A DNA stretch of 64,000 nucleotides from Bacteroidia bacterium (GTDB taxonomy: Bacteria; Bacteroidota; Bacteroidia; JAIBAJ01). Of this stretch, positions 29,705-39,769 are shown piece after piece. A program made the position numbers and the translations under genes. The notes under the pieces are model-generated. The model was not told the DNA's origin. It was given only the letters and a program-made list of their open reading frames with translations, and searched no databases. The first letter of the stretch is position 1. Every line of letters begins with the position of its first letter. Where the stretch lies: assembly GCA_019695265.1 (NCBI GenBank), contig JAIBAJ010000005.1, positions 5,052 through 69,051 on the forward strand, written 5' to 3'.

Positions 29705-30517
29705 ATGGCATCAAAAAATTCAATATTTTCCGACAACTGGGTTGATATCGTCTTTGAAGACCGCAACCAGGCTTACGGTGCTTATGAAATCCGTAAGAAA
29801 AATGGTAAAATTACAGGCCTAGCCTTACTTTTAGCCATCTTGTTCTTCACTTTTGTAGTGAGCTTGCCTGTTATTATTCGGGTTATCTCCGGCATTATTC
29901 CTGAAAAGCAGGATTTAAAAATGACCGAGGTTACTACCCTGGAAGAGCCACCACCCTTGGATAAAGAAGAACCACCACCACCACCGGCCGAACCACCACC
30001 TCCCCTTAAATCCACTGTACAATTTACCCCTCCGGTAATTGTTGAAGAAGTTCCTGAAGAAGAAACTCCTCCCACACAGGAAGAAATGAAGGAAGTGGAT
30101 GCCGGAACTACCACTCAGGAAGGTGATGAAACCGGGGTTGATTTGAGCCTCTTGGAAACAGGGAAAGGCAATGAAGTAGTAGAAGAACCGGCACCTGTAG
30201 AAACCTTTAAAATCGTTGAACAACCACCGGTATTTCCAGGCGGTGATGCAGAATTGATGAAATACATCATGAAGTCAATTAAGTATCCTCCAATCGCTAA
30301 AGAAAATGGAATTACAGGTACCGTGTACGTAGAATTTGTGGTTGACCAAAATGGTGAAGTTGTTGATGTTCGCGTAGCACGTGGTGCCCAATCCAAAGAC
30401 TTGGATACCGAAGCTGTACGTGTAATTAAATCACTTCCTAAATGGACTCCCGGTCGCCAAACCGGTAAAGCGGTTAGGGTGCAGTTTACCTTACCTATCC
30501 GTTTCGTACTTAACTAA
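29705..30517 (+). CDS. tonB: Energy transducer TonB
   Basis: N-terminal TM. Pro-rich spacer EPPPLDKEEPPPPPAEPPPP. C-terminal TonB domain PVFPGGDAELMKYI..GTVYVEFVVDQNGEVVDVRV. Confidence 0.85.
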   Translation: MASKNSIFSDNWVDIVFEDRNQAYGAYEIRKKNGKITGLALLLAILFFTFVVSLPVIIRVISGIIPEKQDLKMTEVTTLEEPPPLDKEEPPPPPAEPPPPLKSTVQFTPPVIVEEVPEEETPPTQEEMKEVDAGTTTQEGDETGVDLSLLETGKGNEVVEEPAPVETFKIVEQPPVFPGGDAELMKYIMKSIKYPPIAKENGITGTVYVEFVVDQNGEVVDVRVARGAQSKDLDTEAVRVIKSLPKWTPGRQTGKAVRVQFTLPIRFVLN

Positions 30518-30534
30518 TTCGTAACTGATATCGA

Positions 30535-30570
30535 GAAAAGCCTCCGAACTTCGGGGGCTTTTTTCTTTTA
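30535..30570 (+). terminator. Intrinsic terminator after tonB
   Basis: AGCCTCCGAA ctt CGGGGGCT followed by TTTTTCTTTT. Confidence 0.6.
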
Positions 30571-30594
30571 ATCAAACTCGTTACCTTCGCCTCT

Positions 30595-32193
30595 GTGAAT
30601 ACACGTTTGCTTCTTGGTATTGTTTTGCTCTGTTGTAGCCTTACAGCAAGTGCCCAGGAATTGTTTCTGCCACTTAATCACCAACTGTATTACCGTACCG
30701 AAGAATACCTAAACCTGATAAACGATAGTTCTAAGCAATTTTTTACTGCAATCAAACCCTATCGAATAGCAGATATGAATCGGGTAATGGATACCGATTC
30801 CATCCTGAGACGACGGTATAAACAATCCCGATTCGGTAAAACTTTTATCGGCCGTAAATTGCTTCACAAACATCTTTTGCAATTGGATTCTGCCAAGTTC
30901 AGTTTGGCGGTTTCTCCCTTGGTTAACTTGCAATATGGAAAGGATCTGGCGGTTAATCCTGCTCAAACCTATACCATCAACACTCGAGGATTGATGGTGC
31001 AAGGTACCATAGGAAAAACGGTTGCTTTCTACGCTGCTTATCTCGAAACCCAGTCTCAACTGTTCCCTTACCTGGCCGATTATGTTAAAAAATACCAGGT
31101 GGTTCCTAATTTTGGACGATACAAGCCTTTTAAAACCAATGGTTACGATTATGGTATAGCCTCCGGATATGTGAGTTGGTCTCCTATTCCCAAACTAAAT
31201 ATCCAGTTTGGAAATGACAAGAACTTCATAGGAGAAGGTTACCGCTCCTTTTTATTAAGTGACAATTCATTTAACTACCCCTTCTTAAAATTTACTGCCA
31301 ACCTTTGGAAGCTCAAATATTATGTATTAATGGCCCAATTGCAAGATGGAATTACACAAGCCGATCCTCAACAACCCTTTGCAAAAAAATTCTTAAGTGT
31401 TCATTACCTGGGTTTCAATTTGGGAAAGCGTATTCAGATAGGAATTTTTGAAGGAACCATTTGGGAAGGAAAGAGTTTAGCCAAAGTCAGTTACAACTTC
31501 GCTAATCCAATCCTGTTTTCTTCTTGGGCACAAAATGGATTGGCTGGTCGAAACAATACCAATTTAGGCTTAAATGTAAAATTAAAGGTATTTAACCGTA
31601 CCCATCTGTATGGTCAGTTTATGTTGGATGATTTAGGCGGTAGTACCCAACAAGATACGATACCAAGCTCTCCCAAATTTGCTTTTCAGGGCGGCTTAAA
31701 AATGTATGACTTCCTCTTTATTCGCAATTTCTTCTGGCAGGTAGAATTTAATCAATGTGCTCCGTATACCTATTCCTCCAATCGGGCAGGCAATGTTTGG
31801 AGCCATTACAATCAAAGTTTGACTCATCCGACAGGGGCAAATTTTAGAGAAGTGCTCAGCTTTTTATCTTATCGCTATGGCCGATTCTGGGTGGAAGCCA
31901 AAGGTTTATATTGCCAATATGGTAGAGATAGTATTGCCGGAATTAGTTTTGGACGTAGCATTTTTGATGGAGACCAGGGTGGAAAAGTTGGAAAGGCTTG
32001 GTTTCAAGGACAAAAGGCAAGTCTGGCCTATGCCGATTTCAGAATTGGATTTATTATTAATCCGGCCTATAACCTTAACATTCAAGTTGGAATTAATAAC
32101 CGCTGGGAAAGCTATGGCTCTACAAATTCCAAAATCCAGTATTTCTATGCAGGCATTCAAACCAGCTTGTATAACCTGGTACAGGATTTCTGA
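30595..32193 (+). CDS. Secreted or outer-membrane protein of unknown function (possibly a Wzi-like beta-barrel)
   Basis: 532 aa. Clear signal peptide MNTRLLLGIVLLCCSLTASAQ. Rich in G, Y, N and F with beta-strand-like periodicity. Family not recognisable by eye. Confidence 0.5.
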   Translation: MNTRLLLGIVLLCCSLTASAQELFLPLNHQLYYRTEEYLNLINDSSKQFFTAIKPYRIADMNRVMDTDSILRRRYKQSRFGKTFIGRKLLHKHLLQLDSAKFSLAVSPLVNLQYGKDLAVNPAQTYTINTRGLMVQGTIGKTVAFYAAYLETQSQLFPYLADYVKKYQVVPNFGRYKPFKTNGYDYGIASGYVSWSPIPKLNIQFGNDKNFIGEGYRSFLLSDNSFNYPFLKFTANLWKLKYYVLMAQLQDGITQADPQQPFAKKFLSVHYLGFNLGKRIQIGIFEGTIWEGKSLAKVSYNFANPILFSSWAQNGLAGRNNTNLGLNVKLKVFNRTHLYGQFMLDDLGGSTQQDTIPSSPKFAFQGGLKMYDFLFIRNFFWQVEFNQCAPYTYSSNRAGNVWSHYNQSLTHPTGANFREVLSFLSYRYGRFWVEAKGLYCQYGRDSIAGISFGRSIFDGDQGGKVGKAWFQGQKASLAYADFRIGFIINPAYNLNIQVGINNRWESYGSTNSKIQYFYAGIQTSLYNLVQDF

Positions 32194-32336
32194 TTAAAAT
32201 TATTTGTTAATTCGCTGCACTCCTTTTATAGCAAGACATTCAGCGCATATTTTTAGCAAAAATCGTATGGGTTTTAACAGCATGAAATAAAGTTTGGCAC
32301 GCGAATTGGCTAAGTCATTTCAAAACTTAGAAATCA

Positions 32337-33535
32337 TGAAACGATTTAGACTTTTAGCATTGGTTACCATCCTTACCGGAATACTTAGTTGGTGTCAGGT
32401 TGAAAAAACTCAAGCTCAATACAGCATCAATTTTCAAGTGTTTTATGACCAATTATCACCTTATGGCTATTGGATGCCTCACCCAAGTTATGGGTATGTT
32501 TGGATGCCACAGGCCGGACAAAACTTTAGACCCTATTATTCAGAAGGATATTGGATGTATACCGAAACCGGATGGTTCTGGAATTCAAATTATAACTGGG
32601 GTTGGGCAACCTTCCACTATGGTAGCTGGACCTACGACAACTATTACGGTTGGTTATGGATTCCAGGTTATGATTGGGCTCCGGCTTGGGTAGCCTGGGG
32701 AAGCTATGGTGGCAATTATGGTTGGGCACCCATGGGTCCTAATTATGGATACGCAACCAATTATTGTCCTCCGGTAAACTACTGGTGTTTTGTTCCTACA
32801 CGTTATATCGGACAAAGACATTGGCATAACCACCACCACTATGTAGGAAATGGAAACTCCATCTATATGGGCAACAATGTTACTGTTAACAATGTAACCA
32901 ACATTACCATTCTTAACAACAACTACTATAACAACAATACTAACAACACCTATTATGGTCACCGTTCAACACCGGTTGGACCTCCAAAAATGGAAGTGGA
33001 AAGAGCTAGTGGAGCTCGTATCAACACAGTTAGTGTAAGGGAAAGTACCCAACCCGGTCGTAGCAATGTTTCTCAAAACCAGGTGAGTATCTATAGACCA
33101 ACCGTTGCCAAAGCCCCAACCCAAACTCGCCCAAGCAGTGTGGTAAATTACCAAGGTAGCCGCAGTGCTACTCCGGGTAGCATAGGAGTAAGAGAAGCTA
33201 ACCAACAAAATACCCTTGCTTTACCTGCACAATCCAGAACTCAACAACCGGTTCAAGGTGCAGCTCCACAAGGAAGAATGGAAAATAACTACCAACGTCC
33301 TCAAAACACCCAAAACCTGGAAAGATCGAATGTGCAAGAAACACGTAAACCAAGCAACTCCAGAAATGCGGGTTACCAGGCTCCAAGCACTGTTCAAAGA
33401 CAACAACCAAGCCAAGCGGTAAGAACCGAACAGCCAAGGACTCAACCGGGAAGAAGCGGTGCTACCAAAATGCAAACAGCAACACCAACCGAACCAACCG
33501 GAGGTAGAACCAACAACACCAAAGTTAAAAGGTAA
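32337..33535 (+). CDS. YXWGXW-repeat secreted protein with a low-complexity Q/P/T/S-rich tail
   Basis: Signal MKRFRLLALVTILTGILSWCQ. The start was taken at MKRF, not the upstream ATG. Tandem aromatic repeats YGYWMP, YGYVWMP, YNWGWA, HYGSWT, YYGWLW, VAWGSY and NYGWAP. Followed by HNHHHY, an N-rich stretch and about 170 aa of Q/P/T/S/R low-complexity sequence. Confidence 0.6.
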
Positions 33536-33558
33536 ACCCCGGACATATATAACCGAAA

Positions 33559-33594
33559 GCGGGAACTGTGTTAAAACGCAGTTCCCGCTTTTAT
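33559..33594 (+). terminator. Intrinsic terminator after the YXWGXW gene
   Basis: GCGGGAACTG tgttaaaacg CAGTTCCCGC followed by TTTTATT. A perfect 10-bp stem. Confidence 0.7.
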
Positions 33595-33773
33595 TACCAA
33601 TGTTATTTAATACCGAATGGACATTATGTTTAGTCCAATTTTATGTATTAATTTTATTCTTAAATTTTATTGAAAAAAAATTGGACTCTACCTTAGGTCC
33701 AATAGGCATAATTTATACCGATTGCAAATCTGTAATAGTCAAAAGATACGATTGATAAAGAATAGAATGGTTG

Positions 33774-33940
33774 AGGTTGCGCCTCGGGCAACGATAGAGG
33801 CAAGTAGCCCACAGGCTCACGCGGCGCTAGCCAAGTGGGCCGAGGACTACAGCCGATAGCGTGACCCGAACGCCTGTGCAGGGTGGTTATAAATTTGCAA
33901 AATGGTAGTTAGGCGGAGGGGGCCCGCATACTAGGAATTT
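33774..33940 (+). repeat. Repeat R1 copy (plus orientation), reference copy
   Basis: GGTTGCGCCTCGGGCAACGATAGAGGCAAGTAGCCCACAGG..GGCGCTAGCC..GAGGACTACAGCCGATAGCGTGACCCGAACGCC..GGGGGCCCGCATACTAGGAATTTTAAAAAA. Lies in a convergent intergenic gap. Confidence 0.7.
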
Positions 33941-34059
33941 TAAAAAATAAACAATCCTTACCAAAGACTTAAGCGGAATAACCTAGTCAAGCTATGAACC
34001 CGGCTTTTGTTGACTTGGATAGGACTACCCGGTGGGTTAAGGAAAAAGACTCTTTCGAA

Positions 34060-36450
34060 TTAAAAACTATAAGTAATACCTAAGGTAGGAAGGATAGGCA
34101 ATTGGTTCACACGTTTGTACCGAATTCGATCGAAATAAAAGATGTTTTCCCGGTTATACAAGTTGGTGCAACCCAAGGTAATACCAAGTTGGGAGTCGTT
34201 TTTGAAGACAAAGCGACGTTTAATGTTAAAGTCTAATCGGTGGTACCAAGGAAGTCTTTTAGTATTTAATTCCCCGTAAAGTATACCCATTGAACCATTG
34301 GAGGTATTGAAATTGGTATTGATGCCGTTGCCGGAGTTCAAATTTTCAAAATAACCCTGAGTAGGAGTTGTTGGAAAACCTGAACCCAGGTTCCAGCGAA
34401 AATCGATTTCCCAGGCCAGATCTTTACCAAAGTTATAGGAAGTAACAAAGTTTACGTTGTGTCTGCGGTCGAAAAAGGGGTTGTAATCGGTACGGAATTC
34501 ATCGCTTCGTGTAACACGGCTTAGGCTATAACCTAACCAAACATACAAGCGTTTATACTCGTATTTGAATAATACGTCTAAACCATAGGCCTTACCGGTT
34601 TCAATGATAAAGTCTTTTTTCAATACATCCGGTTCGTCAGCATATACTTCGGTATCGTCAAATTGTTTGTCACGGTTTAAACTGGTAAGTTGGGTAAAGA
34701 GTTTGTAATAGCCTTCGATATTTAAGCTAACTCGTTCACCCAGATCAACTTCAAATCCGAAAATGTTGTGAATAGCTTTTTGCAGCCTTGATTTAATTTC
34801 TCTTCCTCTGTATTCGGAGGGCAAGTTATCACTACCGCTTAAGAAGCCATAAAACAAATTCACTACATCTCTATCGCTGTTGGCGCTGATTAAGTTTTGA
34901 GAATAAAAGCCGCCTGCATATTTAACCCTTAACCAATCGGTGATATTGTATTTGGCGCTAAGTCTGGGTTCCAAAGAAGCATTTCCGAGGGAGGCATAAT
35001 AATGGAAACGGAAACTTGGGTCTAAAACCAGTTTACGAATATTGATTCTGTATTTAACAAAGGCTGCAATTTCGGTGGTACTTTCCTTTTGCTGAATGAA
35101 ACGGTTTGCCGGAGTGAAATAGTTGAAATCGGTATTAAATCCTACCACTTCCAAGCCATATTTAATTTCGCTAGCCCGTTTAATTTGGGTAAAATTCAAA
35201 CCTACATTAAATCCACTTATTTGGCTGGATCGATTTTGCAGGGTGGTTTCTGTTAGGTTAATTTTGTAATTTGAATACGAAATATTTCCGCTAATCAACA
35301 CCGGTGCCGCTGCCGGAATCACTAAAAAGTCTGTTCCTGCACCATAGGAATTCCATTTAAAATTGGTTACTGCGCTGTAATTAACCTTATCGTTAAAAGA
35401 AAATCCATAGACATTGAACCTGGAACCATTGTTACTTTGGGTAGAAATTTTGGCATAGAAATCATTGAAACTATAGGGAATACCCAAACCGGTGGTGTCT
35501 TTACCTAAGTTAAAAGGTTTTGCCTTGGTATCATTAAAATTGTATTGGTACAAAAACTTAGAGGTTTGATCGAGGTAAGAGGTTTTAGCAGAAAGTAAAA
35601 AAGAGCTAAATCCGCTACCTTCTTTTTGTTTTTTAAAAGGGCCTTCAAACAATAATTTGGAGCCAAAGGTATTCACTGAAATCTTCCCACTTAGGTGTTT
35701 GCTATTACCATTCCGGGTGGTAATATCCATAATGGAAGAAATCCTACCTCCGTAATTGGCTGCAAAACCTCCCGTGTATACATCGGCATTGCGAATGATA
35801 TCCGCATCAAACACAGAAAACAAACCTATGCTGTGAAACGGGTTGTATATAATCATACCATCCAGCAGAACCTTATTCTGAACAGGTGAACCTCCCCGGA
35901 TATACAGTTGTCCGCCCTGATCACCAGTAAAGGTAACCCCCGGAAGAATTTGTAAATACTGAGCAAATTCAGGTTCTCCGCCAACAGAAGGCACTTTGGA
36001 AATTTCTTTTGGAGTGATTTTAGTAACCGAAACCTGGGTCAGAATTTTGGCATCCTGCTTTTCAGCACTTACCCTAATTTCTCCTAATTCTTTGGATTTA
36101 ACAACTAAATACAATTTGACTGTTTTCAATTCACCTGCCTTTAGTTCAATCTCCTGAACGATGTCTTCGAATCCCATCACCTTTAGCACCAAGGTGTATT
36201 TGCCAGGAGCTAACTTATTGATACTAAAGTTACCATAGTTATCGGTTACAGAATAAATAGCAGTTCCTTGAATTTGAACTGCAGCACCAATGTAAGTTTC
36301 GTTGGTGCTTTTTTCATAAACAATACCTCGGATGGTTCCGGTATTTTGAGCCCATCCAATCAAGGAAAGAACTAAGAAAGAGAGTAAAAAGGCTAGTTTG
36401 CGCAACACGTTCTTTTGCAATAAGTCGGCAAAGATAAACGGGTTTTCCAA
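34060..36450 (-). CDS. TonB-dependent outer-membrane receptor with an N-terminal carboxypeptidase-regulatory-like domain
   Basis: 796 aa. Signal peptide, a CarboxypepD_reg-like start (GTIRGIVYEKSTNETYIGAAVQIQGT), a plug region (NADVYTGGFAANYGGRISSIMDITTR) and a C-terminal barrel ending ..LGITYSF. Confidence 0.85.
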   Translation of the reverse strand: MENPFIFADLLQKNVLRKLAFLLSFLVLSLIGWAQNTGTIRGIVYEKSTNETYIGAAVQIQGTAIYSVTDNYGNFSINKLAPGKYTLVLKVMGFEDIVQEIELKAGELKTVKLYLVVKSKELGEIRVSAEKQDAKILTQVSVTKITPKEISKVPSVGGEPEFAQYLQILPGVTFTGDQGGQLYIRGGSPVQNKVLLDGMIIYNPFHSIGLFSVFDADIIRNADVYTGGFAANYGGRISSIMDITTRNGNSKHLSGKISVNTFGSKLLFEGPFKKQKEGSGFSSFLLSAKTSYLDQTSKFLYQYNFNDTKAKPFNLGKDTTGLGIPYSFNDFYAKISTQSNNGSRFNVYGFSFNDKVNYSAVTNFKWNSYGAGTDFLVIPAAAPVLISGNISYSNYKINLTETTLQNRSSQISGFNVGLNFTQIKRASEIKYGLEVVGFNTDFNYFTPANRFIQQKESTTEIAAFVKYRINIRKLVLDPSFRFHYYASLGNASLEPRLSAKYNITDWLRVKYAGGFYSQNLISANSDRDVVNLFYGFLSGSDNLPSEYRGREIKSRLQKAIHNIFGFEVDLGERVSLNIEGYYKLFTQLTSLNRDKQFDDTEVYADEPDVLKKDFIIETGKAYGLDVLFKYEYKRLYVWLGYSLSRVTRSDEFRTDYNPFFDRRHNVNFVTSYNFGKDLAWEIDFRWNLGSGFPTTPTQGYFENLNSGNGINTNFNTSNGSMGILYGELNTKRLPWYHRLDFNIKRRFVFKNDSQLGITLGCTNLYNRENIFYFDRIRYKRVNQLPILPTLGITYSF

Positions 36451-36640
36451 TCAGTCTTGTTAAAGTTTGGGCTATCCTTTCAGTTGCAAGAATTATCTCA
36501 ACAGCTTTTTCTACCTTGTTGCAGGATTCACATGGAGGATGGTGTTCCTGAAATACCGGCAAGTTTCTCTATTTCATAATTGTTCCCAAATTGAATGGTC
36601 ATGCGAACCTTCCGTTTATTTTTGTCAAAATTTGGAACAT

Positions 36641-37063
36641 ATGATTTGGTTTGACAACTATACCATTGAAATGATTAAACAATTTAAGGCGGAGGATATG
36701 AATACCCACCTGGGAATTGAGTTTACTGAATTAACTCCGGATTCAATTTCAGCCAAGATGCCGGTTGATCACCGAACTCGTCAGCCTTTTGGTATATTGC
36801 ACGGAGGGGCATCTGTTGTTTTAGCTGAAACTTTGGGAAGTACCGGAGCCGGACTGGTGGTGGATCCATTGAAATTTCGGTGTGTCGGACTTGAAATCAA
36901 TGCTAATCATATCCGATCGGTAAAGGAAGGTTTTGTACATGGTACAGCCAAACCCGTCCATCTTGGCAAATCAACTCATGTATGGGCAATAGAAATAAAA
37001 AACGAAGAAGGCAAATTGGTTTGTACCTCGCGAATAACTATGGCCATTTTACCAATTGCTTAG
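36641..37063 (+). CDS. PaaI/YdiI-family hotdog-fold thioesterase
   Basis: [15 protein letters not shown]...[28 protein letters not shown] aligns closely with E. coli YdiI (MIWKRKITLEALN...[28 protein letters not shown]). The start was trimmed from the ORF's upstream ATG. Confidence 0.8.
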   Translation: [140 protein letters not shown]

Positions 37064-38199
37064 TCTGATTCCGGTTTGGTTTTCAAATTTATTTTGGCCG
37101 AAATGGCGTGGTGGTCACTTAGTTCTTCCGGATGGGTTTCAAAAACAGTAGTTTCAAATTGAGGGTCATGTAAAATGAAATCAATCCGAAACGATGGAGC
37201 TGTGCCAACATAGGTTTGTCCTATACCTACCCCTTTTTGAATAAAAGCATCTTTTAAACCAGTCGATAGCCTGTTGTAAGTATAGGTGGTTGGGGAATCG
37301 TTAAAATCTCCGCAAACAATTACCGGATGCGGACTTTGAGCTATGTGGCTGGCAACAGTATCTGCTTCCCTTGCTCTAACCTTGGCAGCATTTCTTAATC
37401 TCCTGGCTAAATTCTTCCAGCCATTGGATTTTACATCAGATTTTCCATTGCCAACATCACTGATAAATTCGTAATCCTCTTTTTTCAATCGATTGCTTTC
37501 CAGGTGAAGGTTATAAACCCGAATGGTGTCTTCATTAATTAGTAAATCCGCAAAGCAAGCCGCATTCCCTCTCGAATCTTCAAACTCGAATCGACCTTTG
37601 TTAACAATAGGCCATCGACTGAAAACCATCATTCCATATCCGGTAAAAGGCTGTTTTAATACATACTTCTCAAAGTAGAAATGCTTGAGCCCATTTTGCT
37701 TCATAATCGAATCTAAGGTGATAAATTTGTCTTTGGGGCTATTAAAGAACTCCTGAAAACAAATGATATCAGGTTTTGCCGATTTTATCTGATCAAGTAT
37801 TTTGTTTCGCTTTTCCCAGGGGTTGCGCCAATTATACCAATCAAACAAATGCACATTATACGATAAGACATTAATTCCGGGTGCAGCCAGAATCTCCTCT
37901 TCGGTTGGCGGCAGCCTGAATTGGATTAATCGATTGAAATGAATTAAACTAATCGATAAGCAAAGAATAGGAATTAATAATGGCCAACGCAATACAATTA
38001 GCCAATAAAGCAATACCACCAACTCCAAACCTGCCAGAATCGAAAATGCGGTAGCCAAAAACCAGGCGGGCCAAAAACTTAAAGGACTGATATAGGAAGA
38101 TGCCATGGTCAACAACAATGCAGTGGAAATCAGCACACTGATAACCATCATAATTTTGTTGAATAAGGATAGCTTACGTTTCCCGGGGTTTTCTGACAT
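37060..38199 (-). CDS. Membrane-anchored endonuclease/exonuclease/phosphatase (EEP) family protein
   Basis: N-terminal TM helices followed by EEP motifs (LSYNVHL, DIICFQEF, VCGDFND, ..SDHHAISA). Confidence 0.75.
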   Translation of the reverse strand: MSENPGKRKLSLFNKIMMVISVLISTALLLTMASSYISPLSFWPAWFLATAFSILAGLELVVLLYWLIVLRWPLLIPILCLSISLIHFNRLIQFRLPPTEEEILAAPGINVLSYNVHLFDWYNWRNPWEKRNKILDQIKSAKPDIICFQEFFNSPKDKFITLDSIMKQNGLKHFYFEKYVLKQPFTGYGMMVFSRWPIVNKGRFEFEDSRGNAACFADLLINEDTIRVYNLHLESNRLKKEDYEFISDVGNGKSDVKSNGWKNLARRLRNAAKVRAREADTVASHIAQSPHPVIVCGDFNDSPTTYTYNRLSTGLKDAFIQKGVGIGQTYVGTAPSFRIDFILHDPQFETTVFETHPEELSDHHAISAKINLKTKPESD

Positions 38200-38452
38200 A
38201 CCTGCTTTCAGGCAACAAACATAGTTTATTTGTAGAAAACAACTTTTTCGAATTAAAACTTTCTGTCAACCTTGTTTCTGTTGGGAATTCTAAATTAATT
38301 CCCCTTGAATTTATTCTCCACCAACCTTAATCTAAGAGTCTTGATTTACCCAAAGTAGAAGGATTCCGTTTCCATGACTGGTATTTCCGCTTCGTTGTTA
38401 AATCATTTTTCAATCCAAGCCACGGACTTTCCTTTGCAGAAAATTTCCATAC

Positions 38453-39769
38453 ATGAAACATTGGATTTTGCTTATTTGGACGCTACTACTTACTACCTTT
38501 TCAGGAGTCGCACAAACCCGGCTCATCAGCCTGAAACAAACTTTGGACTTAGCTAAACAAAACAATCTGAACTTACAGTCGGCTCAAATTAGTGAACAAT
38601 TGGCCAAGGTAGACCAACTTCTTTCCATTTCACAAGTGATGCCTCGTCTGAGTGCGGGAGGTTCCTTCGATTACTATACCAAAATGCCTGCACAGGTTAT
38701 TCCAAATAAGCTTTTTGGAGGCGGAGAGGGTTATACGAAAGTGGCATTTGGATTGCCTTATGTAGCCTCAGGCAGTTTAGATTATTCCTGGCCATTGTTT
38801 CAAGCTGATAAATGGGCCGCTTTAAAAACAACCGCTCTAAAACGCAAACAGGCAGCTAATAATGCTGATTTGGCCTGGGAAAATGTAAAAATCAGTCTGA
38901 TTCGGCTTTGGTACCAAACCGAAATGATTCAACAACTAATGGATCTAAACCTAGAGAATCAAACTATTGCCAACGAATTGAAAAATGCTGCGGAATCCAA
39001 ATTCAAAAACGATGTAAGCAATCCTTCCGAATTTAATAGATCTTCTGTTCTGGTACTTGGCATCGAAGAAGCCTTGATAGCCAATCGCTTTGCACTGGGC
39101 AACAATTATGAAGCATTTAAATTGCTGCTTCATATTCCGGCTTCTGATTCAGTATTCCAGCAAAAGCCAGGCAAGGAGATTCAAACTTTACAAGCTACGG
39201 AAAGCCTGGGAAAAGATGCCGATCGCCCATTGCTTAAATTGAAAACCGTGGCTTACGAAGTTTCGAAAAGTCAATACCTGGAGCGACAACTTGCCAGACT
39301 GCCTAGGCTTTCAATCGGCGGTAGATATGTTTACCAGGCTCAAGATAGTAAGTTCTTTTCCAACAGCACCGTTTCTTTCGATTATAGTACCATCGGTTTG
39401 AAACTTGATTTCCCGATTTTTCAAGGTGGGGCTATACACCTGAGTGGACAAGCGGCAAAATGGCAAATACGAAGTGCAGAATTAGAAAAAGAAATAGCTT
39501 ACGACCAATTGCAAAAGGAGCATCAAGATTGGTCCAATGAACTTAAACAGGCCATTGAAAAAGAAGGTATTCTGAAAAAGAAAATGGAACTGGCGGCAGA
39601 GAACCTTCGAATTGCCCTCGTTCGATACCAAGAAGGCTTAATGGGAATTGATGAATACTTCAATATATTTTATGAAAATTCAACTGCCCGAATTAACTTT
39701 TGGCAAAACCATTACAACGGAATACTTTACTCCAATTTGTTACAACTTAATTCATTCGAAAACCAATGA
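38453..39769 (+). CDS. TolC-like outer-membrane efflux protein
   Basis: 438 aa. Signal MKHWILLIWTLLLTTFSGVAQ. Two-repeat alpha/beta architecture typical of OEP/TolC. First gene of the efflux operon, with an overlapping stop/start to the next gene. Confidence 0.75.
   Translation: MKHWILLIWTLLLTTFSGVAQTRLISLKQTLDLAKQNNLNLQSAQISEQLAKVDQLLSISQVMPRLSAGGSFDYYTKMPAQVIPNKLFGGGEGYTKVAFGLPYVASGSLDYSWPLFQADKWAALKTTALKRKQAANNADLAWENVKISLIRLWYQTEMIQQLMDLNLENQTIANELKNAAESKFKNDVSNPSEFNRSSVLVLGIEEALIANRFALGNNYEAFKLLLHIPASDSVFQQKPGKEIQTLQATESLGKDADRPLLKLKTVAYEVSKSQYLERQLARLPRLSIGGRYVYQAQDSKFFSNSTVSFDYSTIGLKLDFPIFQGGAIHLSGQAAKWQIRSAELEKEIAYDQLQKEHQDWSNELKQAIEKEGILKKKMELAAENLRIALVRYQEGLMGIDEYFNIFYENSTARINFWQNHYNGILYSNLLQLNSFENQ

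Noticed and set aside
36467-36640. N-terminal 58-codon extension of the PaaI-family ORF
   Set aside because: The YdiI/PaaI alignment starts at MIWF. The extension is Cys/Phe-rich with no homology.
38374-38556. 60-aa ORF upstream of and overlapping the TolC-like gene start
   Set aside because: It is in a different frame from the strongly supported TolC signal peptide and has no motif.
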